A stretch of DNA of 62,493 bases, filler included, from Dimorphilus gyrociliatus (Eukaryota > Animalia > Annelida), in the NCBI GenBank assembly GCA_904063045.1. It is 5 parts of 5 records of this genome, joined end to end, with 100 filler letters (N's around TTAATTAATTAA, not from the genome) between each part and the next. Parts side by side here need not be neighbours in the genome. Positions count along the whole stretch, not along the records: positions 1 to 23,517 come from CAJFCJ010000171.1; positions 23,618 to 35,097 come from CAJFCJ010000113.1; 3 more parts are not named here. One strand, given 5' to 3'. The translations under genes were made by a program, and so were the position numbers. Below the pieces are notes generated by a model. It saw only the letters and a list, made by a program, of their open reading frames with translations, made no database searches and was not told the origin of the DNA. Numbering within the stretch: position 1 is the first letter of the stretch; the number at the start of each line of letters is the position of its first letter. This document shows, in pieces, positions 21,661 to 32,900 of this stretch.

Positions 21661-22584
21661 ATGGCAAATAATACTCCACAAAATCAAATTGAAAGAATAG
21701 AAAATGATGCAATTCTTATCAATCAAATAATTGATATTGAACATTTTTTACCACCATCTTTTCAACAATTTTTTAACTTTGGAACATTTTATAATCATCT
21801 TCAAAGATTTAGAAGAGATGACAGAAATCATCCTCCAATTTTTGATGCAAGTAAATTTGAAAAAGATACTGTAGACAAACTGATGAAATTTAAACAATTT
21901 TGTGATGAAAAAATGTGGCTTGTTGAACAACACCAAGTAAATAATATAAATAAACAACAACTTGGAGAAGTGATATTAAGATATTTGAATGGTACTGACC
22001 AGCTTGTAAGATTTAATAATACAATCAAAGTTAATAGAAGAAAAACATTTCAATGTTGGTGAACTACTAGCATCTTTTGCAGATATTGGAGTGAATTTAA
22101 CAGAAGGGGAAATGGAAAATCTTATGAAAATTCAACAACCAGCAGTGAAATTTACTACCAACTGTAATTTGCTTCTCTTAACAGATGCTAGTTTGAGTGA
22201 TTTGGATTTGTTTCAAATAGAAGATGTTAAGAGGAATATCAATTTTCATGGAAATATTTTGATTGTAAATATTTGTGGATTAACATTTGAAAATTGCAAA
22301 GAAATTTTATCAAAATGGAAGATAAAAACTAACATTGTAGCTCTACATATTCCTTTTGACACCATTAATGATATTGATGATAATTTTCCAGCTATTTATC
22401 AAAGTAATGGAAATATTAAGGAATGTATGCTGTTTATATCATACAAAGTTCAGATAATTTTAATAATCAACAATTTCTACCAGAAAGGTTAAAAAAAATG
22501 TTTACAAATATTGTTTATATCAATGGCATTATAAGAGGAGATCCTTTTCATAGAAGACTCCAACAGACAAGATATCTCCTTTAA
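21661..22584 (+). pseudogene. ORF3: helical segment plus SGNH-like domain, two frameshifts (~22045 and ~22430); may be intact if these are assembly errors
   Basis: FCDEKMWL / GEVILRYL and LLLLTDASL resemble ORF2 FDEKAWL / KMILRNNY and FFMISDSSF; the three pieces join with single-base shifts. Confidence 0.65.
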
Positions 22585-22859
22585 GAAATATTGTTCAACA
22601 TTTAATTTTTAATGAGATATTAGTAAACACTAAAGATGTGATAGAACAAACAACAAAGAAGAACTGGAAGAAGAAGATTAAACAGACAAGATATTCAGGC
22701 TATAGAGGAACAACACAATGAGTGAAATTAACAGACCTATCAAAACTAAATTTCAATCTCTGTATATTTTATATAAACACTTTGATATTTCTCTAGTTTA
22801 AAATAGTAATATTAGCATAATATAACTATGTATTTATATCAATGCAAAATTGATTAGGT

Positions 22860-23180
22860 GTGTGACACACTGGAATGCCAGAGGCTGACATATCACTTCT
22901 TATATAATACCAAATGTGTCTAGGCTTGGGATACTAAAACTTTTATGTAATACCAGATACTTGTCAAGATAAACTGACATATCTTAGGATATGTCAATTA
23001 CATAACACTCCTCTATATAAGCTACAAGGTCTATCAAACATCATCACTTCAAGAAAATTCTCAGAACAAGAAGGACTGCTCTCTACAAAAACTCTGTTTA
23101 GTGATTCAACATCTACATACTACAAAAGATCATTTTTCTACATCAAACAACTCTGAAAGAAAAAACAAAGTAAGCTATAT
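22860..23180 (+). promoter_or_regulatory. Promoter/leader module P3 (TATATAA 23014, Inr ~23043, donor GTAAGC 23170); its ORF lies beyond the linker
   Basis: Same TATA-Inr-donor layout and TGACA/GATA motifs as P1 and P2. Confidence 0.5.
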
Positions 23181-23517
23181 GTTTGTTTGTTCATTTGAGA
23201 AATTAAAGATACTATAATGTTTTACATTTATGTATCTATTTGTTTATATATGTTCAGGTGACTTTAAGATGTTATAGTTGATTTTCATCAATTTCATTTC
23301 TTTCATTAACACTATAAGACCTGTCAGACAACTTGGATTATATATCTTGCTGTTTAACAGTTCAAAAATTGTTCAATGAGGAACAGGAACAAATGAAAAT
23401 TATAAACTCTGGCATCTTTTGTAAACATTATATACACATTGTACCTACATTATATCTAAACATACCAATAGGACAACAAAAAAAACCATTAGGCAAATAA
23501 CTATATATCAGACCAAA

Positions 23518-23617
23518 NNNNNNNNNNNNNNNNNNNNNNNNNNNNNNNNNNNNNNNNNNNNTTAATTAATTAANNNNNNNNNNNNNNNNNNNNNNNNNNN
23601 NNNNNNNNNNNNNNNNN
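23518..23617. other. Artificial gap/linker N44-TTAATTAATTAA-N44
   Basis: Identical 100-bp pattern four times; six-frame stop linker. Confidence 0.97.
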
Positions 23618-25710
23618 TTGTCTGAAACCATTTTAAAAGATATTAAATCTGTCAATGAAATTGCATATTTAATTAGAAGAGTGTATAAATATTTGAGACC
23701 TTATCTGGAAGATGGTAAATTTCATTCAGCATTTAAATATTTGAATGGATTATTGAAATATATTTGTGAAAATATCATTGATGAAAATGTGTCAAGAAAA
23801 TCCGAATTTATAAAGAAATTTACTCAAGTAATGAATGAAATGTCTTTAAAATATGGTCCAAAATGGTGGAATGATAGAGAATCTTTGCGTTTAATTAATC
23901 ATTTGTTTAGATCATTAAATTTATGGAAGTTTAATGACAATTCTAAAGGAGCTATTTCAGAAGTTATAGGTACTATATATTAGTAATTTAATCAACTATT
24001 TGTCTTCTCATTCATTCCAATCATTCAGCAAAATATTTTAATGTCACTGACAATTCTAATGTCAAACTGGATCAGTATCTGCTAATTGATGCTCTGAATT
24101 TAGTAAGAACAAAATCAGATGATGAAATTAGCAAAATATTACAATCATACAAAGCTGGTTTTGAAATCATTGAATTCTTCTATTTAAACAATGTGTTTAC
24201 TCTTCCAGAATGTTCTTATGATAAAATTATTGATAAATTTGTTAACTCTTTCATTAAAAACAAACAATTAATAAAGACACTAATTCCTCTGAAGAGTTAT
24301 TCATTTTTCATGAATGCTATATCAGAAATTGAATTGTTCAAGAATAACATGTGCCATATACTTTATTCAAAAGATAAAACTGAATTTAATAATAATTTGG
24401 CAATGTATTTGGGAATTTCAAGACAATATATTGAACATTATGAAAGATCAATTTCCCCATTTCTTCATTCCTCTAATTTCTTTTTAAATACTATAGAAAT
24501 TTGTGAAAAATTAGTAACATTCATAAATAAAACAAACATAATTTTAGAATGGCCAATCAAAATTCAAATATTTGAAATTAAAAAATTTCTTGATGATATA
24601 TTAAATAGTTATGGTGAAAACTGGTTAAAATATGTTGATGTTTTCTATCAACTGGTTCCTAATGATTTTAGAATGGCTAAATCAAGGAATACTGAATTGG
24701 CTAAAAATTTTATTTGGGTTGACAACAATTGTCAGTTACTCATTAATCTGGGCTTGTTGAAGAATTGCAAATTGAGTTATTTCATTGAAGGACTTCAATA
24801 TTTTGTGCTTAATGAAAGAGTGTCTGTAAATATTTTAAAACTAAGTAAAATTTTTTGGAATATCTATAGAGATCTTGAAGAAATTGGTATAATTGAACTA
24901 ATAAAAGCACCAGCTGAGAAGTGTGATGCAAGCAAACATGAAATTATAGGAAATGTATTGCAATTTTTTAATAAGAATAGATATATACTTTCCAAAACCA
25001 TATATCCCATCTTGGAAAAGAATATGCAAACTAAGATTTCTCATTTCACTTTTTCTATATGGATTGCAAAATTTTTATGCATCTTGATAGAATCTTCAGA
25101 AGAAGATTTTCAATCAAATTTTTTTGGTTATACTGGTTCTTTTGATTATTTTTATTATGGAGGTTTCATTAATACTATTATTAAAATTGGTACAGGAAAC
25201 CTGACTAATGATTTCAATGAATCTATGGAAGTTTGGGTTAAAGTATTAGATGGATATGAAAAGTTTCATAAAATGATAGCCAATGGAGAGAGGACTGAAG
25301 ACATTATATCTTTTGTTAAAAATCAACTAAAGAATATAACTAAATTATATGGAACATATTGGACAACGAAATTAAATCCAAATGATGATGGGAGATATGA
25401 CCTCCATTACAGCTTTTCAGATCATTACTATTTCACAAAAGTTGCCAGAGCCCTCGTAGAGACTCACTGTATAGAAGAGTTTAATTACAAGATGAACTTT
25501 AGTTACCAAACACAAATAGAATCAAGCGAAAGGATATTTGAAATTGTTGAAACTCTGGTCAAGAATAATTGGAAAAAAATAGTACCTGTGTTTAAAGATT
25601 TTCATAATCTTATAATTCAGTTTAGCCATACAAGAGCCATGAGTAATATGATAAAAATTTTTCATGTATATGCACCTAGATATAATAATACATCAATATT
25701 AAGACTTTAA
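23618..25710 (+). CDS. Uncharacterised protein with three YGxxW helical repeats; 5' truncated; intron 23970-24028
   Basis: A 59-nt GT..AG intron joins the 121-aa and 505-aa ORFs in frame. Confidence 0.6.
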
Positions 25711-25999
25711 ATATAAAGGTACATTAGAAAGACTTCTATATTATAGGAATTAGAATGGTGCAACTATAGATATACTTCTATTTCATAGGGTTCACTTTTA
25801 GTACTTTAGAAAGAACTCTATTATGTAGGAAATAGCTTTAGTTTACAGTGGCACATGTTGGCCACATGGGCCTAATCTGAACATTATATTTGAGCAATTG
25901 AACCCAAATCTGGGAAATGTATAAAAGGAAATGCATTTCCCCAGCTTGTTAGTTCAATTCTTTAAACGAAATACTAGCATTTTGTTGATTAATTTCTAT

Positions 26000-28191
26000 T
26001 AAAAGTACATTTATTAAGACTATTTGTGGACAAACTTGGAAGATACTATTGGTGTGAGTACTTTGGTGAGTTGATAAATGATTGGAAAGGACGAATACTG
26101 TTCTGAAGAAGCAGAAATACCTACAATTACAATACAACAAAGTGCATTATTTAAAGCTTTTTTTGGTTCTATATACAAAGTTACAAAGAAAAATGATAGA
26201 AATTTAAGATTCAATCTATAAAATCTCATTTATACATTATGTAATTAGAAAATATAAAAGAAATACTTGTATACACAAGTTGTATACAACACTTTAAACC
26301 CATAAAAAAGGCGAAATTTTTTCAACTAGATGATTCAAAAGTCAATTGAAAATATCTTAAAAAATTCCTTCTTTGAAAATTCATTTCCTCTATGTGCTGA
26401 AGAAAACGTCAACTAGCTCACTCTTTAATTTAACTGTTTAACCTATCCTTTAATAAAAGTTTTATATAAACTACAAAGTCTCATTTGTAAGTTTATTCCC
26501 AGCACAATCTCAAAATAATGGAATTTTCATTTTCCCAACTCAATAAATCCCAACCCTGAACTTTAACCTTTTGTGGAAGTTTTCTTCTTCATATGGGAGC
26601 TGGATTCTTAGAAATTTGTGATGGAATTCCTTTATATAACATATAGATTTTGATCATTTCTATTATAATTCGTGTTGAATGTACAAAAATAGGACATTTG
26701 GTAAAAAAATTACCCTAAATTTGAGGTAGTCAAGATACTGGGGAATGGATCAGATAGCCTAAAACACAGTGATCCTGCAATGTTCTGTTTATGTGACCTT
26801 GAATGTATAAAACTTGAAAATATATTGAACAATTATTCAAAAATCAAAATAATCATGTGAAGGTAACATTTGATGGAACAAGTGTATCAGCAGCAATATT
26901 GCCAGAAAGGTTGAAGAATTAAACCAAAGTTTAAAATTTGTTAATCACTTATTTGAAGATTATTTTTTAGCAGAATATATTGTTACATATTTTCAGAGAA
27001 TGAAAAATGGAGATTTAAATAAGGATTCAAAGCCTCATTTTAATAAAAATGCTATTGAACTTGGCGATTTAATCAGGAAAAATATTCATCAATCAAAAAT
27101 TTTGAGAGTTTTTAGAATTCTCCAACATTTAGAATTAATGGAAAATTTAAATGATACTCAACACAAAGTTGTCAAGAGAAAAACAAAAACATTGGTACAA
27201 AATGGTGGCTCATTAACAACAACTGCTTGGAAGGTTATTGTTTCAACTTTAGGAAGACAAATTACAAAATTATCGCTGAAAAATGTAAAATTCAATTTTC
27301 AAGGGATTTTTCAAATTACAAAATTATCAATTAAAGATTGTCTTCAAGATTTGCATATTGATAATGGAGTACATTGTCAATTATCATTTTCCATAATTCC
27401 CGAGATATTACTCACTTTTAACAAGCTCAATAAACTTTGCCTAAAAAACATGAATTTTAGCAAAAAAAAAGAAGAGATTGAAAATTATTATCAGAAATTA
27501 GAGAATAATCAGTCATTAGAAAAACTGAAATTAGAAGATTGATGTTTAACATTTACATCTAAAAATGTTGTCTTTTTTAAATATCTTAAGAATATTATCA
27601 AATTAAATTTATCTTATAGCAAATTCTCTGGTAAGGTACAAAATAGAATAAAAAACAATGTAAATTGAATAAGATGTACATTAAAGATGATAACAATTTA
27701 TCATTTTTCAAAGGCCTATTTGCAAATTGGTTAATATGAGAAAAGATAGACTTTTATCTATCAAATTAGATAAGATAGTTAATTGTGGTTATCAAATTGA
27801 AACATTACCAGAAATTTTTGGCAGTTGTAAAAATTTAAGAAATATTACAATCAATAATATCAATTTAAATGAGAAAACAGTTACAAACTTGTTGAGTTAT
27901 ATCAAATCAAAAACTGATAAGGATTTTTCAATTACATTACGCAATTGTGACCTTACAGGTCATTTATTTCCAAAGAACTTTATTATTATTGAAAGTTTAG
28001 ACTATTCAAAAAATGATTTAAGTAAACTTAGTCTAAAAGGTAAGTCATTTTCTTCCAATTGCCTGAAAGATTTGATACTATCATCTTGCAAATTGAAAGA
28101 CGAATTGAGAGACGAATTGAAAGAAAAATGTATACCAATAGTTCAAATGGAGGAATTTAAAGCTGACTGCTCAAGTGGTGAAGATGAATAG
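26000..28191 (+). pseudogene. Decayed NLR/RNI-type leucine-rich-repeat gene
   Basis: LxxLxLxN repeats (ITKLSLKNV, LNKLCLKNM, LEKLKLED, LRNITINNI, LDYSKNDL, LKDLILSSC) broken by stops and frameshifts. Confidence 0.5.
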
Positions 28192-28458
28192 TATGACATT
28201 TGCTCAGATACTAGAGAGGAAATTGAATTGCTGACATTTGATAATGTCACTTATAAAGTACATTTTAAGTTTTTTGGAAAAATTATACAAGTCTTACTAT
28301 AAGTTATGAAAATATGATGTTAAATCTTTTGGAAAATTTATTCAACATATAATATATTTAAGAACAATTGCTTTTGATGTAAAGGATACTATTTGAATTG
28401 TTTCTATTTTCTTCAGACAGCTTTAAAAAAGATATTTTTGTGTTGGAAAGTTTTTAAA

Positions 28459-29295
28459 ATGAATTGTAGTATATTCGCTCAACAACAGTTTGCAACATCA
28501 AACAATCTGGCTGGAGTTTTTTCAACTAGTCAGCAAAATGATAGCAACCCGCCATTTGAAAATAACACAAGACTTGACCAAAATCATCAAGATATGATAA
28601 GCATGCAAAAATTAGTTACAAAAATTGAGTATAAATTAGACAATCTCAATAAAAGGGTTGATAAACTTTCAGAATTGACTTTATTTCATGCGCCTTCTTG
28701 GGCTCACCATGTCTCTGAACCACTGCTTGATCAGAGTGATAATGATTGGAGATTACTTGCAGTAAAGCTACAATACTCTGTTGATGAAATTCAAAATTTT
28801 GCTTCAAAAGCAGATCCATGTCTTGTAATGCTTAATGATTGGTTTGCTGAAAAGAATTCAGAACAAGCAACAAATATTTTATGCGAAATTTTGAAAGACA
28901 TTAAACGATTGGATGCTGCTAAAGTAGTAAAAACAGCTATTTCTTCTATTAATGGTGTTAAAACTAGTTGTGTTGATGACAGAACATATGAAAAACCTGA
29001 AATATATCTCAGTTATCAATGGAGTAAGCAAGCTGAAATTAAAGAATTATATAAAAAGTTGAAAGGAATTGGATACAATTGTTGGTTGGATATCATGGAA
29101 ATGGGTGGAGGTGATTCATTGTATGAAAAAATTGATAGTGGAATTAGAAGATCAAAAGTGATATTGAATTGTGTAACTAGAAAATACGCTTTAAGTAAGA
29201 ATTGCAAAAGGGAAGTGTCCTTATCAGATTCTTTAGAGAGACCAATAATTCCCTTGTTATTAGAAGATATGAAATGGCCCCCAAAGGGTCCTTAA
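28459..29295 (+). CDS. Intronless Death-domain plus TIR_2-type protein, TIR apparently C-terminally short
   Basis: NDWRLLAVKLQY..MLNDW..LKDIKRLDA (Death); IYLSYQW..CWLDI..GGGDSLYEKIDSGIR..KYALSKNCKREV..IIPLLL..WPP (TIR). Confidence 0.8.
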   Translation: MNCSIFAQQQFATSNNLAGVFSTSQQNDSNPPFENNTRLDQNHQDMISMQKLVTKIEYKLDNLNKRVDKLSELTLFHAPSWAHHVSEPLLDQSDNDWRLLAVKLQYSVDEIQNFASKADPCLVMLNDWFAEKNSEQATNILCEILKDIKRLDAAKVVKTAISSINGVKTSCVDDRTYEKPEIYLSYQWSKQAEIKELYKKLKGIGYNCWLDIMEMGGGDSLYEKIDSGIRRSKVILNCVTRKYALSKNCKREVSLSDSLERPIIPLLLEDMKWPPKGP

Positions 29296-29310
29296 AATTT
29301 ACAGGCATGT

Positions 29311-29945
29311 TGTACAACTTTGGTTATATTTTACATGCTTGAACTCTATTATTTTATGCAACATATACATGTACATCTTAAAACCTACGCAAGAAAATGC
29401 TATAACATTGGCCAAACATAAGTCTGATTAGTCAGCTTGAAGGCTCATCTTTAATTACCAATAAAGGTTTGGCCAAGTTATAATTTAATTAACTTGCCTA
29501 GGGTGTGGCCAAGTTATAATTCAATTAACCTTCCTAAATGTTGAACCTTGTAACATCCTGTTACTAAAGATAAATATGAACTACACATTTCGGCAACTGT
29601 AAAGTGATGATTGGATGTCAGAGACAAACCTCAAAGTATATAAATCCTCATTATTCTCATTTGGCATGCAGCTTCCATCTGGACCCAAGGACCTGGGAAA
29701 ATCATCTGGAAACAACCTCCACTGGAACCTTCCATCTACTCCTCAACATTGGAAGACAGTTTGGTAATTTGGCAACCTGCTATTACAAACTATCTACTCT
29801 GCTATTGAACTCTCATATTGTTACTTGCTTAAGTATTATTATTGCGAATAAACCATTTTAATTTAAACATTTGTTTAAAGGTTCGAGTAGAACCAGTATT
29901 GTTATAACTTGCAAACGCATAGATTTTGCCAGCAAGAGCAGTACA
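29311..29945 (+). repeat. 5' LTR of copy B (635 bp)
   Basis: TGTAC..GTACA; about 3 substitutions versus LTR A by eye. Confidence 0.9.
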
Positions 29946-29949
29946 AATT

Positions 29950-29967
29950 TGGCGCAGTCGACAGGAT
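29950..29967 (+). promoter_or_regulatory. PBS of copy B (tRNA-Ser type)
   Basis: TGGCGCAGTCGACAGGAT, 4 nt after the LTR. Confidence 0.8.
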
Positions 29968-32900
29968 ATTCTTTTGGTTTATTCAAAAGTTTTGAGAAAG
30001 TAAATATGGCAGAAGGAGGAAATGGAAACGCCACTGGGGCAGTTACAGACTCTAACCCTTCAACCCCAGCAACTCCAACAATTACAATTCAGCCAGCAGG
30101 AATGTCAGAAAGGCAACAAAGACTAATTGAAGACTATGATAGATTGGTGAGTGAAATGAAAAGAAATCGAATCACAATTCCAACAGATCATGGAGATGGA
30201 ACACATCACCCAGCACAGAACCCAAATGTTGATATCACAACAGTAATTCAAGCATTAAGGGCTGCTTGGGACCGCCCTCAAAGAACTATTCTCAAGTTGT
30301 ATGATGGAAGCAAGGAGTGTTCAAAATTCAAAGAAGACTTTAATCAGGCATGTTATGCTTATGGTTGGATAGGAGAAGATGTTGTGAAAGCAAATCTTTT
30401 AGATTATTTAACTGGTCCTGCAAAGGATTTGGTGTTGGCTCTGGATGGAGAGCCTACTGTGGAGGAAATATGGAAAGCCCTCCATGACGAATTTGATCTA
30501 GATCCTTTGGAGTATCAGGAGAAATTGCTTAACTTAAAGCAAATGAATGGCGAAAGTGTGGTTCAGTTTGTTAATAGAGCAAAGAAATTGATAAAGAGGT
30601 TTTCTCCACCTAGACCAATGGAACCACAATTGCTTGCAACTATGAAAGAAATAAAACTGATGGAAGTTTTACAAAGAGGATTACAACAGGATATTCTACA
30701 TTTAGTGTACACCTTACATCCTAAATGTCAAACATTGGCAGAACTATATGAGGCTGCTAAGCAAGCAGAAACTTCATTAAAACTAACTCAAAGAAAACCG
30801 ATCACAATGGTGTCAAAATTGGAAACTCAACAAAGAAAAGAGACCAAAAAGACCCAGGTAATCAGAAAAGATGCTTCTACAGAAACCCCAAATTTCTGGA
30901 ATAGAAAGCATGTACCTGACAACAAAAATGCTACTAAAGAAAAGTTTTCAAGCCAAAAAGTCCAAAAGTATGCACCAACTACAACAAATAGGTATTATAA
31001 GAAAAATCAACCAGCAAAGACGATACTGAAAGAGGAACCTAAGCTACAAAAATTAGAAACATTAGACAATGAAAGCATGTCAGAAAACGACGAAGTTCAA
31101 GATATTCTCTGTTTTTCAGATAGTGACGAATCCACTTGTCAGCTGTTACAAAGCAAACAATCTGAGCGAAATGCTTCAACATTTATTGGACAATTTGAAA
31201 CTAATACTGGTTTTAAGTTTGATGCCTTGATAGACTCTGGTAGTGACAGATCTTTCATTTCAAAAAAGGTATTAAGACAAGTTCAAGGAAAAGCATCCTT
31301 CCCAGAACAAACTGTGAAAAATGCTAGAGATGCTTCAGGAAATAGCATCGAGATATGTGGAGAAATCATTCTCAGACTTTATTTTAATGAAAAGATTATT
31401 AAACAACGCTTTCTGATCAACAAAATCATTACACAACAATGTATTATTGGGTGTGACTTTCTACAACAAAATGGAGCTACCCTTGACTTTGGCAAGAGAC
31501 AGATTATACTCCAGCCAGGTACAGAAAAGAAATTACCCTGTTGGAACACAACACTTATCTTTCAAAGGGTTTTACCCAGTTCCTCTTATTATGAAAAGAA
31601 TGAGAGTCAAATACATACCCTTCAGACAACAATTGAACAAGAAAATCCGAGATGAAGAACAAAGTTACCCAAATTCTGGCAAAATATAAAGAAACTATTG
31701 CAGAAGACAGATTTGATATTGGCAATCCAGAGGTACCACCCTTGGAAATAACTCTTGAACCAGGTTCAACACCATATAGACAAAGGCCATATAGAATGCC
31801 TCCTCAAAAACAAGAAGAATGTAAGCAACAGATAGCTGAATTGGTAAAAAGCAAAGTTATTCAACCAAGCAAGAGCAATTGGGCTTCACCAATTGTTTTC
31901 GTAAGAAAGAAGGAAGGTAGTCTACGAATGTGTGTAGATTATAGAAAACTAAACAAAATGACAGTTAAAAACAAGTATCCACTGCCAAATCAAGATGATC
32001 TTTTTGACCATTTGGGAGGAGGAAATAAATTCTTTTCTACAATGGATTTGACAAGTGCATACCACCACATTAACATCAAGAAAGAAGATAGGTCTAAAAC
32101 AGCATTTATTACACCTTTTGGCTTGTTTGAATTTATTAAGATGCCTTTTGGATTAACCAATGCCCCTCCTCATTTTAGTTATGTAATGAATTCATTTGTG
32201 CTAAAGGATGTAAAGCATTTGTGCCTAAACTACCTTGATGACATAATAATATTTACCAAGTCGCTGGACCAACATTGGGAAGCATTGGAGACCATTCTTC
32301 AACAGATTCAAAAGTACAATTTTAAGATTAAACTAAGTAAATGTGTGTTTTTGAAAGAACAAGTTCAATTCTTGGGACACATTGTATCAGAAAAGGGATT
32401 GAAACAGATAAGTCCAAGACAGATAAATTATATAATTTACAGCCACCAGTGTTTGCAAATTCACTACTAAGCTTTGTTGCATTTTGTGGCTATTACAGAA
32501 AATTTATACAAGATTTTGCAAGAGTAGCTAAACCTCTGTATATGTTAATGAAACTACATGGGAAAAAGGATAAATTGCAATGGACTGAGGAAGCCAAGCA
32601 ATCATTTTTCAAGTTGAGAGATGCAGTAGTTAACCCTCCTGTATTACAACTACCTGATTTTGCTAAAGATTTTCACTTAACAACAGATGCATCGAATGTA
32701 GCTGTAGGAGGAGTTCTTGAACAAGTTTATGTAGATGAGAATGGGAAGAAAACAATGAAACCCATTGCCTACGCTTCAAAACAATTCAACAATAATCAAA
32801 TGAAATATGCAGCCTATCAAAAGGAAGCATTTGGGTTTACTGGGTTGTAAAGAAATTTTTACATTACCTTCAAGACAAGCCATTCTTTTTATATACTGAC

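Larger units (their letters stand above)
9849..23517 (+). mobile_element. Putative giant multi-ORF Penelope-like retroelement or PLE-derived gene array (boundaries not determined)
   Basis: PLE-type RT plus co-oriented paralogous SGNH-like ORFs, preceded by related TATA/Inr/intron leader modules; no termini identified. Confidence 0.55.

Noticed and set aside
22055-22082. 28-nt GT..AG micro-intron that would repair ORF3
   Set aside because: Much shorter than the other introns here (~50-70 nt), and the skipped bases read as plausible homologous protein in the shifted frame
9849-23517. Telomeric repeats or pseudo-LTR termini marking the PLE ends
   Set aside because: None found; boundaries remain undefined
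23562-23573. TTAATTAATTAA palindrome in every gap as a biological motif
   Set aside because: Identical N44 padding four times; a six-frame stop linker added during assembly or concatenation
32832-32838. GGGTTTA as a canonical L-A-type slippery heptamer
   Set aside because: Upstream codons are TTT GGG TTT, not GGT TTA, so tandem slippage is out of register
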